Shown here: positions 25,060-47,381 of the stretch, piece by piece
Layout: each line of letters opens with the position of its first letter
How positions within the stretch are numbered: position 1 is the stretch's first letter
NCBI GenBank assembly: GCA_000320545.1
Contig: ADNK01001417.1
Location: 1 to 64,000, forward strand
Length of the DNA: 64,000 nucleotides
DNA from: Bigelowiella natans CCMP2755
Taxonomy: Eukaryota > Protista > Cercozoa
Reading direction: 5' to 3'
The notes under the pieces: generated by a model
Databases searched by the model: none
What the model was told of the DNA's origin: nothing
The model's input: the letters and a program-made list of their open reading frames with translations, nothing else
Program-made: the position numbers and the translations under genes

Positions 25060-28000
25060 TATCGATTTACGATGAGGATAGAATGAAGATGACCAAATCA
25101 CAGCAGCAGTAGCAGCAGCAGCAGCAAAGAGAATGTAAGTGAAAGTTAACGGACATGGGGGAGGAAGAGGAGATTATGCGTTGGTGGAAACGATTCGTGC
25201 ACGTTTCATGCCCTTCCCCCCCTCCTCCTCCTCTTGTTGTTGTTACTGCTACTGTCACGTTCTCCCCCCCCCCCCCCCCCCTATCTTTCGCTTCTTGTTA
25301 CTTTATTTGTCGGTGTAGAGGCTGGGGAGACACTAAAGAAGAGATCTAAAGGATCTACAGGTCCTCCTCCCCCTCCTCTTCCTTGCTTCTCTTTCTTCTC
25401 TTCTGCTGCTGTTACTGCTAGTGCCTCCCCATTGTCGTCGCCAGTGGTGGTCTTCTTTTCTATCTCCCTCTTCTTCTTCTTCGTATCTACCCCCTTCGTC
25501 GTTAAAAAGTTGTTCTCGACAGAAGTAGTAGTTGTTGTTGTAGTTGTTGTAGTAGTAGCTGCAGCAGTAGCAGCGCCAGCAGACCGGGAACTTGCAGGGG
25601 TGGAGACGTCATCGGTCGCAGTGCTACCAGGAGTGGCGGCGGAAGCTGATGATGCTGTACGGCTCCTGCTCCTCCCTTTTTTGCCCTTATTTTTCTTCTT
25701 GCCTTTCTTAGTCGTGGAGTCGGAGACCTTATAGGATTGCAGCAAGCAGTGGCGAGGGAAAGGAAACAAAAAGAATGAATGATCGGTCAACTTTCAGTGT
25801 GCGGCGGCGTGTGTTTAAGTATGTATTGCTGTTGGTCATGGGATCTGAGGCGCAAGAAAGAAGAACGGTCGTTTTTAATAATCACTATCTTCATAAACGC
25901 TACGTGCAAGTTATCTCTTTCTCCCACTAAAGAATATAGTGTGTATGCTCCAATAACAGCAAGTAAATATCGGTAAAAAACATTATCGATTGGTCAAATG
26001 TTGAAAACGATCCAGTCGGTAGAGAATAGTTGCTTTCTTCTGTGTTACTACTATCTAGTCAGCAAAATCTTCTCTTAGGGGAGGAATGGCAAAGAATGGG
26101 AGGAAAACGAGAAAGGAATCCTCCATCAAACACCATCACCGTCCACTTTTGTTAGAATAAACTAGATGTTTCGCGTGTGGCGAGCTACCACTACCACCCC
26201 CACTGCCATCCATCAACTTTGAACAACATTATGGGGTAAAATAAAGAGAGTAGTAATATACATCTTTTCCCTCCACGCCGTCACCAGCACCATTCGCAGC
26301 CGCAGCAGCAACTTTAGGAACGCTGTCGCGAGAAGTCAGTATCTCCCCGTCCTCACCATACACGATTGTTGCACCACGCCTTGCTCTTTGCTTGATGTTG
26401 TTGGTTTGGGTGATAAAAGCAGCAGCAGCAGCAGCAGCAGCAGCTCGTGGCGACCTGACGGCGGCAGCACCGTTTTTGTCGTTATTATTATTATCCTTAA
26501 GCTTGTGCTCATCGCCCTCCCCCCCCCTGGATTTGGTAGTAGTCATCGCCACAACAGAGTTAGGGGTGGAGGATCGCGTTGTCGCAAGAGACGAAAAGCC
26601 TGTAGTAGTAATAGTAGAGGCCACAGGTGTTGCAGAGCGTGGAGTACCAGCACGCGAAGATCTTCCAGACTTCGTTGACCTCTTGCCCCCCCCTTTCTTC
26701 TTGCGGCGCGGCTTGGTACTGTTGGAACGAGGAGAATTTTTCGCCTTATTGGGGGGGATGCATTAATTGATGGGGAAGGAGTGGATATCGATGATGGGGG
26801 CAGCAGTAGGAGGAATGGAGTTGTTGGGAGGAGAATAGACCAGTCACCCCAGAAATCCAGAAATCCAGAAATCCGAAGATGATGATGATGATGATGATGA
26901 TGATAATGACGATGATGATGAAGATGATGGCAGAAACCCAATCAACCATCCAAAAATTATGAATCGTAGAAATGGTGTAGTCCCCCCGGGTAAAAAGTCC
27001 CAACGCAGTAGATTAAACGTAAAATGTTGAAGAACCAAGTGATGCAACATATGTTGTAAAATTGAGCCAAGAGGTGATGATAATAATAAGTTTCCAAATG
27101 CATGTTGTTCCGTATGTTCAGACCAAAGTGTATCAATACAAAGAAAATTGTGTAATTGCACGATGATAATGATGATGACGATGATGATAGTCGTCATTAT
27201 TATGATGGTGTGCATCGTATTGATTTTGGCATATATTTAACATCGTCGGAGCAGTTGAAAAGCGTGGGATGATTCTCATTTTTCTCACGATCCGAAGTAT
27301 TTACGATGATACTTACCGATTTTCTTTGACGTCGTCGCCCCGTTGGAGCTCCAAGCCCGCCTGGGGTTCCCAACCCTCCTAGTGCTGAAGCAGGTGACGA
27401 GACCCCATTGGAGGACTGCTGCGCCGCTTGTCGCTGATGATCGATCACCACCATACCCTCATCATCATCATCATCGTCATGATTATATATCTCATCACCA
27501 TGATCATCGTTGGTGGACAGGTAGTAGTGCGTTGATCAACATCAGTGTGCTAACTTGTGTGTGAAAGGGATTATTTTCACACGTGTGCATCAGTCATATT
27601 AATATTTTTCCTTTCTAGAGAAGGGGGTGACGAGGGAAGGAAGGAGGGAGGGAGGCAAGCTGCATGGTATTTTTAAAATGATACGTAGTGATAACATCCT
27701 CCTCCTCCTCCTCTTGCTGCTGCTACTACAACCATAACAACTACTACCTTCTTTTCCTTCTCTTCCTTCTCCTTCTGCGCCTCTGCCTCGGTCATAATCT
27801 TCACCGTCAGCTTCTTCTGCTCTTCTTCATCAGAATCACTCCAAAAATCATCCGCATCTTTATCCTAAGTGCGATGTGACTCTCATGTGAAACGTGACTA
27901 CTACCTCTTGCTTATGCTTATGCTTATGTTCTGTTTGCTGCTGCTGCTGCTGCTGCTAACTGATGACGATGGCGGTGGTTGGGCGGCGTCGTAAAATCTT

Positions 28001-31000
28001 CTTCTATCCTCTTTTGATCTTAGTATCGTTGCTATTACCGCATTTCACCCACCACCACCACCATCACTATGCATCATCATCACCATCATCATCATTTATC
28101 GCCACTACCACCTCTTTAAAAGATGATAATACCTTATTCATATACTTATTCAGATTAATGCCACCGTAGTCCTTTTTCTTCTTTGTCGCAGCAGTAGCGC
28201 TCGTGGTGTCCTCCCCCTTCTTGTTGGGGTCGTCTACATCGCCAGCAACACTCTTGACTGCAGCATCATCCTGTGGAAAAAAATGATAATTTTACGTTCT
28301 TCTCTCCCAAGTAAGTGTTGGCACCAAGAACTTCGTTTTTCCTCATTTGGAATACATGCATTATTAGACATGATGAAGGCGTATATGAATAGGACTCGTC
28401 TAACCTTCACAGGGGGGGCGACAACTCCGGTTGCTGTTCCCGTTGACCCAGTTGTCTTAACTCCCCCTTTGCTTTTATCCTCCCGTGACAATGCGCGCCG
28501 CGAATGACTGATCATTATTGAAGAGATGACTGCAACTACTTACATGCCATTGTTGTTTCGCACAGATGCTTGTGATTATTCCTCGGATGTAGCATGAAAG
28601 AATGAAACCGTCGACAGAAAGGTTAATAATCGCTATTTTGCTAGTTTTGATAAATTAATGATACCTTCTAGATAACATGGACTGACGATGAGCTTCCTCG
28701 GACTCGCCCTCCTTCAGGCCTCCTGCTATTGCCATTAGCACATCCCGAAGAGGCGCCGTGTACATGTCGCGCTCCTTTTTCGGAAGCTGAACAGTATTGC
28801 GAATAAACAATGAATAACAAGCTTACTCGCAATGTGAAAGTTAAATGCGGAACGAAGTCTAAGCTTCAATAAGAAAGTCTGATTGAGGATACTACTACTC
28901 TGCTACTAATCTACTACATACAACTAATTATTGCTACCTTTGCCTGCCGCTCTTTGTACAAATGCAACTCGTTAAAAGCCCTGACGGTCATTACAATCTG
29001 CACCAAGTGTACGTTACATAGCAATTAGAAGCTGGACAGATTTCATCGTATTAGAATACCGAGTGGTGATCATGCAAACATACATACATACATACATACA
29101 TACACACATAATGATTATGTAATCCTCCATGTATCTATCTATATTTATCATCATGGTGGTTTCCCCTTGCACTCCCTTGGTAGTTGCATCGTCTCGTCAT
29201 AATTACTACCGTATCACGATCGAAAGGTGTCTTGGCAGCGAGCTGCATGGGCATTGATTTCTTGTTAAATGCCAGGCTGAACTATAGGTGGTTGTGGCAT
29301 AAGATGGAGGAGGAGGAGGGGTACATTTTAGCACATGCAGTGAAGAAGTGAACACCTATTATTGCTGGTAGATCAGCATTAGCACATGTAACAAAGCAAG
29401 AGAGCTTCTTAGGTTTCTCTTTCTTCAACGTGGCCACGGCCATTACAACACACCATTCATTTGTTAATGCCCTTCCTCTACTACCACTACCAGTAGTAAT
29501 ACCATGTTTGCTGATTTGTAATCCAGTAGAATCTTCATGTCCTGATTGAACTCGGCCTTGGCAGATTATACATACAGTATTAGTATATTAGTGGAGACAC
29601 ATGCACTCAGCCACATTCAATGAGTATGACAAAAGCAGTCACTTATGAGGTCACACTGGTGCATAGATACTCTAAACAACCACAGCTGCTACCATTGCTA
29701 GACATGTATTCTGAGAAACCATCACCTTTTGCTTGGTCTCCTTGCCGTGCCGAATCTTCATCTTCTTTCCGTTGAGCAAGATAAGCTTTCTTGGAGCATT
29801 TGGCCGCGAAAGGAGCTCGAGAACACCCGCATTGTGAACGAGGATGTTCCTTACGTAGGGTGTTAGTTTAGGATGGGGCACAACTCGACCAGTAAATGCA
29901 GAGGCTTGGAATCCGTCTTCTATGCGCGTGCATGTAACCTTTAGAACACAGCCCAAGTCGTCACAGTTGGTGTGGTAGCGGGCCTTCTGTGCACCCTCTA
30001 TAACGCGGAACAACCCATCGCTTCCGCATCGAAACCACTGGACGGCGAATAAATCTTCTGCCATTCCACTAAAGGAGACAGTAACACGCGCGGCCGTGGA
30101 CAAGGGCTGCACGAAGGACACTGTAGCTTTGAGGTCGGATATCGTGGATGTCCATTCGTCCTTTTCCTTTGTCAAAACCTCTACCTGAGCAGCCAGTTTA
30201 TCAGCATTGGCCAGCTTCTCCTTATTTTCTTTTTTTTCCTTCTCGAACGCTTCTTTTTGTGCCTTGGCATCACTCTCGGTCTTAGTTCTAGTAGCTTTCG
30301 TCACTGCGAGCTCCTTCTCCAGCTTCTCTATTGTCGTTTTGTTCTGCTTCTCTGCACGCTTCATCTGGACATGAATTTGACGTGCACGTGCCATCTTCTG
30401 GTCTAGAGATGCTTTCTCTGTCCTCGCTTTTGTGAGCTGTGCGCGAAGATTGTTAAAGGTGACCGTCGCCTTCTTCTTTAGTTTATCGAACTCTACAGCA
30501 GCCTTCTTGCGCTCTTCCTCACGAACCTTATGGATTACACAAATAATAAAATGTTGATGCGCTAAGCATCCAACAAGTATTGAGTGGTGGGCGTTGCATA
30601 TTTATTCAAAAAGTTGTTATCATTATCTTTCTCATCACATCATCAATATCATCTTTATGTTCCACCATGTCGGCTGATTTCTCTGTAGCGCCACTGCTCT
30701 CTTGCTTTTCTTTGATGAGCTGGCTGAGATTTCCTTTCACAGATGTTAGTTCGTCTTTCAAGCGATCAACGGATGCTACAGCAGTGTCGCGCTCTTCTTC
30801 CGCCTTCAGGGTCTTTGCCACGCTCTCTTCAAGCTTTTGTTCCAGTTCCTTAATCGCCTCGTCGCGTCCGGCGGCCCCGCTTGTCGCGTCTTCCTTAGCA
30901 CGATTGTACTTACCCTCAAAGTCCTCGGCTTTGTTCTCAGCGGCGAGCTTTGCTGTAAGAAGTTCCTCATTCTTTTCCTCTAAGGCTTTCATGCTAGACC

Positions 31001-31675
31001 AACATCAACGAAAATAAATAGCAGAAATGTCAGCGGCGACATAAAACTCCTTCCATGATGTCGTAATCCCTTCTTAATTACCGAATTTCTTTACTTTTAC
31101 CCTTTTCACTCCGTCACCCCCTCGTTTATGTATATGTACGTAAAGGAGCAGTGGTGTCTCCAAATCAACCTTTCTTCCAGTTCCTGGACCTTCTTTCGCA
31201 AATCCTCAGCAACTTTACGCTCTTTCTGCGCCGCGCGCTTCAATTTAACATTCTCTTGGATAGCGGTGGAAACTGTGTCCTCTGTACCAGCCTCAGCGCT
31301 CGCCATGGCCGGCTCCACAACTCTCACTCCGCTCTTGGCGGTAGTGGGAAGAGGTGGTTTTCCTGTAGGCTTTTTGTCTTCTGCAGGATTTCCTTTTACC
31401 TCATCACCACGTTCTGCCATTACATTGTCGAAGTTTATGTCCTCGAAGAAGTCTGCACCATCTAGTTAGTCACGAACAACGATGATATCAGAATAACATT
31501 GAGGAGTGAACAGTAAGGAATTAATGTAATGACATTTCCATTCCAGTCCTAAACACACTGAGAATGGTTGTTAAGTTTTAAATTAGACATCACCATCCCC
31601 GAATGTAGCTTCTTTGTCTTTGGTGTCCACCGCATTTTCATTTTCCTTATTTTCGGGTTTAGCAGCACCCTCCAT
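25060..31675 (-). CDS. Coiled-coil + Ig/PH-like (SCAB/A9-like) protein with long low-complexity C-terminal region; 3' end uncertain
   Basis: Start MEGAAKPENK; long heptad exons 30100-31420; VQWFR...IEGAQKARY...DDLGCVLKV; PH-like KMKIRHGKETK...LAAKTPFDRDTIVMTVRAF; further GT-AG exons (DKDADDFWSDSDEEE) continue toward ~25 kb, but joining into one gene is inferred. Confidence 0.6.
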
Positions 31676-32472
31676 CTCTTCCTTTCCACAGCTGTGTGTT
31701 GCAAAAAAGATGTATCAAACGACGGTAGTCAAAGTTTCAAACTAGTGGGCGTGGTAGTAAAAGTAGGATTAGGAATAATATCTTTCAAATCTCGAATATG
31801 GTCAAACAACGCTAATTGAGAACGATCTCCCCACGAATCTGTTAAGGTGATAGGTTAGTGCGCTTCTACACACCGGTTTGCGCACGCTGGAGGACGATAT
31901 CAATCTGTATGGAACGTTCTTTAAAACCGGAGTGTACGTTATTCCGTTGTGGAGGAAGTGGGCGAGTGATTTGACAGAACGATCCAACTTGCAGGATCTC
32001 GTCCTCTCTCTTGCTCTCCTCCTGTGCTCCGTGTAGGATGAGGCACAAGTAATTGGAACTACCGAGTAAAAATCTCAAGTGCTTTAAATATTTGTAGTCG
32101 CATGCCGCGGAATACTCTCGTTTGTTGCTAAAAAAAATAATCTCGCGAGACGCTCGACAGCCTCAAGAACTTCTGTGGGCACAGATATCGAGGGATGTAT
32201 CTTGGGTTTTTGGTGTTGCACTCGGAAAATTCTGTCTGAAATTCTTCAGTCCTTTTGTGAGCAAGATCTCTGCTAATTTTCTGTAGGCAGTCTAGGTTAT
32301 ATTTCCATATGTTTTTTCCCCGATTTTTACCAGCTTTCTCCAAACTATTACCAACAAGAGCTTATTATCCACGGATGGTATCGGACACCGGCGATATGTG
32401 GGATTAAAGGGCATTTGTAGAGTACGACAACCTATTTTCCAACTGGTCAATTTTCGAGCGGAGGTTTGGGAG

Positions 32473-34634
32473 ATGTCCGCAATGGAACCAGGAGAAGGGA
32501 GCAGCAGCGGTTATACTAACACTCGTCTAGTCCTGTTCTATTTCAATACGTGTCTTATAATAACTAAAAGAGAGAGTTCTTTATGATTCTTTGGAGAATA
32601 GCCCAGCTTGAATCACATGGGACTTATTTCATAAAATCCAATATCAACTTCCGCATTTTTTACATAAAGATCGTTTGCGACATTATCGTTTTCCGCTTTC
32701 TTTTCCATACTCAGACCAACTTCCGAAAGTAAACGGGCCCTCTCTTGGCGCAAAAAAGGGTGTTGAGATTAAAGATGATGCGGGTTTATCAACGCGGATA
32801 AGCAACTCCATGAAGGGACTTTCTCTAAAGCCAAAACTGGTCGAGAATAAGGAAGATGACGCGAAGCAGAACCCGATGGTTGACTCGCAGAAGCAAGCTG
32901 GTGATGACCAAACAGCAGCACATACTTCGGGTGAGCACAATCCGGCCAAGCCGTACATCGGAGCGCACATCAGCCTCCTCTCCAACGCTAACTATCGATA
33001 CGAGGGCATCCTCTTCACGATAAATCCGAATGAAGAAACGGTCTCCCTCAGAGACGTCCGTTTCTTTGGAACGGAGGGAAGGAATGACAAGGTTGGCAAG
33101 CGAGAGGTCCCAGGAAATAATATGGTGTACCCATACCTGAGTTTTGAGGGCAAGAACATTCAAGATTTGACCGTTCAAAAGAAAGAGGAATCACCATCAC
33201 CAGACCCAATGCTGGAAGACCCTGCAATTAGAAATGTAAAAACAACTTAACTTGCCTAGAAGTTAATAGAGCTTGTACCTTTTGGAGAATGAAAAAAATG
33301 AATTAATATTTACATTATTATCTCGAGGAATGACGAAATTGAGAGAGGGAGAGTAGAAATTAACATGTATCCTGTACGCTGCTCTTAGGCACATAATGCG
33401 GGGAACTATCCGATGTATGGAGGACATCCACCTCCGTACGGAGCTCCACCACCTGGGCCCCCACCATCGGGGTATTATGGAGGGGGTTACCCTCCTTACG
33501 GCTCCGGGGGACCAGCGGTACGAATACGTCAAGAATATCACCTACCGAATCAACACTGAACAGCGGGATTAATGAATATGATCACAATTCGGTTCTTTTG
33601 ATTGTTACTCTCTACGTATCAGTGGGGCCCACCCCCTACCACCAACCGTGCACAGCCTGGGCAAGGAGGAAAGGATTCAAATTCCAAGGGCGGCGAAAAG
33701 TCAAAAGCAAGGTGTTTTTCAGCCCAGTTGATTCAGTCAAAAGCAACATTTTGCCTACACGTGGAAATGTAAATCTAAATGTGTTCAAGAATCTAACATG
33801 CTTATCTAATAAGGAGCGCAAAGAAGTACGAACCGGGCACTGGAAACTTTCTACGAGAGAAATATAAGATTGTTCAGGACCAAAAAGATCTTGACGAAGA
33901 CTTCGATTTTACCTCTTCTACCGCTAAGTATGATAAAGACGGCTTTGCTAAACAAATGGTATATCATCAGCATAGTTTCTCTTTGAACTCCAACACATTT
34001 TTTTGATTACTTAGGGTGTCGTATTTCTTATAAATTTGATTTTCTTCTGAGTTACACTCTATTGATCGACAACCTCAGGCTAAAGAAAATGCTGAGCGAC
34101 TTGAGGGAGAAGCAGACGGTGATGAAGAAGACGGTGGTCAGGCTGTGGCAGTGCCGGCAGGGAAAAAGAAATACGATGCCAAAACCTCTTTTTTTGATAA
34201 CCTTTCGTCCAGCGTATCTACGCCCAACATCAGGGACGATCCTGCGGATGTCGAGACCTTTGGCAAGGCAGCGGAGAACTATCGGTGTGAGCTAATTTCC
34301 ATAATATTATAGCAGAGGCAGATGAAATATATTTCATTATGATTACACGCATTAAAAAACAATACACTCTTTCCTCCTTCGCTGTGCATTACTCCCTCTA
34401 ATTGCAACAAATAATCGCATTAATCGCATACGTCTTTGCTTTATGGATAGCTCTCAGCATGACCGCCGAAGGAGACGAGGAGGAAGGGGCCGCGGGCGCG
34501 GAAGGGGTCGAAGAGGTGGCGGCAGAGGTGGTGGAAGTGGCTATCGCTCGTATCGAGGAGGACGTCGAAGAGATGGAGGTGGTCAGGGAGGTTCAAATCG
34601 CTCAAATTGGAGAGTGAAGACATCCTCAGAATAA
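32473..34634 (+). CDS. LSM14: Lsm14/Scd6/DCP5 family P-body protein
   Basis: YIGAHISLLSNANYRYEGILFTIN...VRFFGTEGR; EDFDF, YDAKTSFFDNLS and DVETFG motifs; RGG tail. Confidence 0.94.
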
Positions 34635-34739
34635 TGGCTCATATGTAGCGGTTGAGAACTTATTCGCAGGAAGGATTGTTAAAATGCTTCGATGGGGCAT
34701 ATTTCATGTATGGTGTTCAGTCGTGAGTTAGAAAAAACG

Positions 34740-35580
34740 CTTAGTATAGCTAACTGTAGCACACGCACACGTTGCAAACTTGCAAAATATGAATGTTGGA
34801 TCAACTGTACCATTTGCTGATTAAAGTGTGCAGAGATATCAGTTTATCGGGTATGCATGCTTCTGCTACGACGCTGTACTTAAATTCACGCATGTATCTA
34901 GTATGTGCTCTGATCGATCTTATGACGTACACGCTAGCACGGGGTACACTGGTACACTTTAGCATTGAACAAATTTAATTGGTTAATTACACCCCGTCTT
35001 TAGCACTGCGGCGCGTCACATGATAAGCACTACTAGCTAGCTAGGCCTAGAGCACTAAAGCACGGCATTGCGAACTGGCTCATAAGCTAGCTAGCTAGCT
35101 AGCAGTGCGTGCTGTGTGGCTGTGATGCGTATCGTAGCTAGCTAGCTAGGTACGCTAGCTAGTAGGCTAACACTGCTGCTATGGAAGCGTAACGGGCGAA
35201 TATTTACATGTCGCAATAGTGCCGGTCTCAGAGCGCTAGACTAGTAGAGCATGCCACGCCCACTGCACTTGTGTATACCTAGCTAGCTAGACATGCTCTC
35301 ATGCTAGCATGCCAGCTTGCTAGCTTGCACACCCCTAGACATCCCTAGATCACAAGCGCACACAATACTAAATACAGCTATAGAGCACGGCAGCACTAGA
35401 GTATAAGCTAGCTAGCTAGACACTGCTAGACTGTCTAGAGGGCACATTTCGATTGCTGCTATTGTTAAAATTTCCGAATAAAGCTACGCTGCGATCGAAG
35501 CTACGATGATCGCACACATCGGATCGTGTTGCCGCGCACGATATGATACGTACAGCAAATTTTCACACCGCTACGCACAT
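34740..35580. repeat. (CTAG)n-rich convergent intergenic tract
   Basis: Several gctagctagctagctag runs (35032, 35086, 35135, 35279, 35407). Confidence 0.85.
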
Positions 35581-36033
35581 TACTCCTATGATCGACATTA
35601 TATGTCCTTAACAACTTATAAAATTCGTGGTAATTGACTGTAATAATAACACCTACACAATGTCTTAGTTTCTTTTATTTCTTTTCTCAATTGACTAGCT
35701 TTAAAGAATCAATCGTCATTCAAACTATATCTTTCTTTTTGTTTTACAATTACGTATCATTTCTCTTGACGATGGACGAAATAAATTTATATCTAGAGTT
35801 GATCTTTGGATTGCGAAACCCAAATATTAACCTGATTGCCCTTCCGGCTTAAAAATATACAACGGTTGCTTTTCGTGAAAATGGGCATACCCACTTTCTC
35901 GTAGCTTCATGTAGAAACGGAGCTGGGGATTAATCCTTAAACTGTACGAAACCCTACTCATTTTTCATCCTTAAATTCTCGTAAACTCAAAAACGACGCA
36001 TTCCAAAATAGTGAGAACACGCCAGAAATGAAG

Positions 36034-37612
36034 CTACGACGAAGATGTTTGATGAATTTTTCTTCTAAATTTAGAATTTCGAGTTGTTGAAAAGCCAACT
36101 AATGAAGCCTTCGGAGAAATAACCATTGGAGAAGATGCAGATGATATTTGATCACTTCTGATAGCTATACTTGTTCCATTTTGTGGGGGAGTCAGCGAAT
36201 GTGAATTGGAAAAGGATTGTTCAATGTCTGCGGAAGCGAAATCGAAAAAATCTGGGGGCCGCACATTTCTTGTTTTGGAGAACTTGTATGTATTTTCGGC
36301 CTTAGGAGATTGATCAAATGTGAGAAATGACCCAAAATTATTTTTCTCATCCTTAGCCTCCTCATTCGATTTTCTATCCTCCGATTTCATGATACTACGG
36401 GGTAGCAAATTTTTAAGAATCCTAGCCTTTGAAACGGCCTGATTCTGGATCATTTGAGGGCTGAACTTTGCTGGAGTACCATTGCTGGACAGAAGAGGGC
36501 TTTCTGTTCGAATAGAGTATGCAACAAATGAGAGGACTGGCAATAGGGGATTATTCTGGTCATTCTCTCATTGACCCAGTTTCAGCTTGTTCAGCATCAA
36601 GCAGGTGCGCTTTGAAGGTGATGCAACTGCACCAGCTGGAGAGTCGCGCTTCATTCCTGTAATAAAAATCATAATTTTGACATGGGTAGCTTACAAATTT
36701 GATTGCTGAATGCACCTGCCCGAGGGAGATCGGACCCAACACCTGGATAGGAATGGGGCCTTACCAAGACGCGCACAACCCCCTCCTCATTTTTGTCCGT
36801 AGAACTGGACTGGAATTGTAGAGTGATCGCAACTTAGAAAATTTCGAAGAAAAATGCTGGAAAAGGATTGTTTTTCTACCCGCAGTGACGACGGAGATGA
36901 GGTAATAGATCTTCCTCGAATTGGAATTGGTTTCGCTTTGGTTGTTCCGCTGCCAAAGTTGTCGAGGTGGACTTCATTGGATGAGCTTGCCTGAGAACTC
37001 CTTATATTACGCCAACTTAGAAAGATTTTCCTGTATAGGTACTTCCTAAAGAAATTTGAAAGTCTGGTTTTTCGTTCTTGTCCAATAAAACAATAATCTG
37101 GGCCGTATTCCCCATCCGGGTCACGGGGGTTTCCTTAAAAAAAAAGAAGTTGCTGCTCAGCTCACCAACGAAGACAACTTGAGAAGAATAAGACCTCTTA
37201 TTTCTTTCCACGTCAGCTTCTTCACCACAAGAACTTGATCATCTAATGCAAACCGGACTATTTTCGCGTCTGATTAAGTTGTCAACAGTGGCAAAAGCAT
37301 TAATCAATGAATCCTTCAAACCGGGATTCTCGAAATGTTCACATATCATTAGATTACAGGAATACAGATCATGTAACCTGGCGATTTGACGGTGCTAATC
37401 TCCGATTTACTATGGAGAAAAGTCTTGACACCACGGTTCTTTGTATCGTCGGTTAACGCTTCTTTGCTGGTGCTTTGCTGAAGGTTTCCTTCTCCCTGAT
37501 CATGTAGTTTTGACTGGGGAGTCTGGTTCTGGGCTTTCTGCCTCCGTTCTCGCTCTTCTTTCTCTCTCCTTCTCCGTATGGAAGGGGGCACCCAAGCGCC
37601 TTTGCTCCCCAT
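36034..37612 (-). CDS. Hypothetical multi-exon protein
   Basis: MGSKGAWVPPSIRRRREKEERERR first exon; 169-codon Ser-rich last exon; internal structure unresolved. Confidence 0.5.
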
Positions 37613-38224
37613 CACTCTTTCTTCCTCGATTTTCAGACCTTTGTACCTGTCTCGGAATTTGAATTCATCGAAAACATAGTCTATTTTATAGAAACGTCTG
37701 TGCGATATCCGGAATATAATGTTACATTGAGATCTTTCGGGGTTCTGGCTGCAAGAAATGGACAATTATTTCTTCCTTCAACCCAAACCCTAACCCAAAA
37801 ACTCGCCGCGCAATTCGTTTGTGCAGACAAGGCAAGTTTTTGTAGTCGTATATGAGAAATCTCATACGTTGGGGCTTTCCTTCCCCCTCCTAAATGAATG
37901 TTGTTAGTGCCCGAATTTCGACTATAAATTGGTAAAATATGATCCATCTTATATTCGAGTCCAAGCAAAATAGTTGTCGCATATCTCCGTTCGAAGTCGC
38001 TGAGCAGGGCTTGTCGCTCAACGCGTGATTTAAATATTTGAAAAAAAGCCAGCGATTGATTGATCCGCTCGCCCCCCCCAAGCATGCATCCTTCTCTGTG
38101 GCGCTTAAACGTTAGATTTTATTCGCAACCAACTCATATTCTAATACTGGATTTGTATGAGTGCATTTTTGGGTGTTTACTCTATCGGCTGTATATAGGT
38201 GGGCGTCCAGCTCGAAATTGACGA

Positions 38225-46362
<8,138 letters not shown>

Positions 46363-46522
46363 ATGCTAGATTGTGAGAATATGTGTAAACGACGGCGAGC
46401 TTGTTAGTGGTTAAGTGTTGCCAACAGTCGCTCTTAATTTATCAATTGCTGCACACACCCATGTTGTAATCTACAAAGCTTTGCCAAATGAAGCCCTGTA
46501 CTACATAACGTATAACTAATGG

Positions 46523-46634
46523 CAAGTTGTCCCTCCTATACTATCGGATATATGAGACGAATGTGATCTAGCTAGCTAATAATGAATGTTTAAATTCTTT
46601 CAATAGTCATTCTAATGTAGCTATCGGATATATG
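46523..46634 (+). repeat. Dispersed ~90-100 bp element, copy 1
   Basis: tctttcaatagtcattctaatgtagctat (46596-46624) matches 63086-63115; ctatcggatatatg repeated at 46541 and 46621. Confidence 0.8.
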
Positions 46635-47210
46635 GAACTATGGACATGCTAGCATGCATGCGCATGCGGTCTGCGGCGATGCGCAGCGCAGCACGCAGCA
46701 CACGCACGTCGTCGTGGAACAACACAACGAACAGGTTCATCAGTCATGCGTCTCATAACCGTGCGCTTGCGGAACAAAATGTTAGCATAGGTCCACACAC
46801 ATTGCAAGATGTTTCAGATCTTATTACTATGAGCTTGCGTGCTACATAGCTAGATAGCGTGGGTATAGCATAGGGGCTGCTAGCTAGCTTGGCTGATGAT
46901 CTAGCTAGCTAGTGATGCTGATGAGTGGTGCAGTGCGGTCGTGCGGCACGGCGCGATGTCTGGTGTACGGTGTACGCATGCGCATGCATGCATCGCATGT
47001 GCAATGGATGATCTGCTGTACGTAGCGCTTGCTAGCTTGTGCGTGCTATGCTAGTATGCTAACTATGTACATGAACAGTGCTAGCTAGATCTAGAGATGC
47101 ATTGACTGTAGTCGTGCACATAGTCTAGATAGTCACATCATGGCATGGCAATAAACTATGATATGTGCGTATATGCACTAGTGCTGCAGCCTATTTATCG
47201 ATCTTAATAC
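46560..47210. repeat. CTAG/GCGC/CATG-rich convergent intergenic tract
   Basis: ctagctagct, gcatgcatgcgcatgc between ankyrin gene (+) and CWC21 (-). Confidence 0.8.
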
Positions 47211-47381
47211 CAACACAGACAAACAATTAAGACTGGATGATGACATGCAAGATGCACGACGAAAACTACAACGAAAATGATGTCATTTATTGAGATATGA
47301 TAATTGCTATTGCACATGATGAGGCAGCAGCACAACCCTGCCCCCCTTATGGTTTCATAACACATTTATTTGCTAAAGGTA

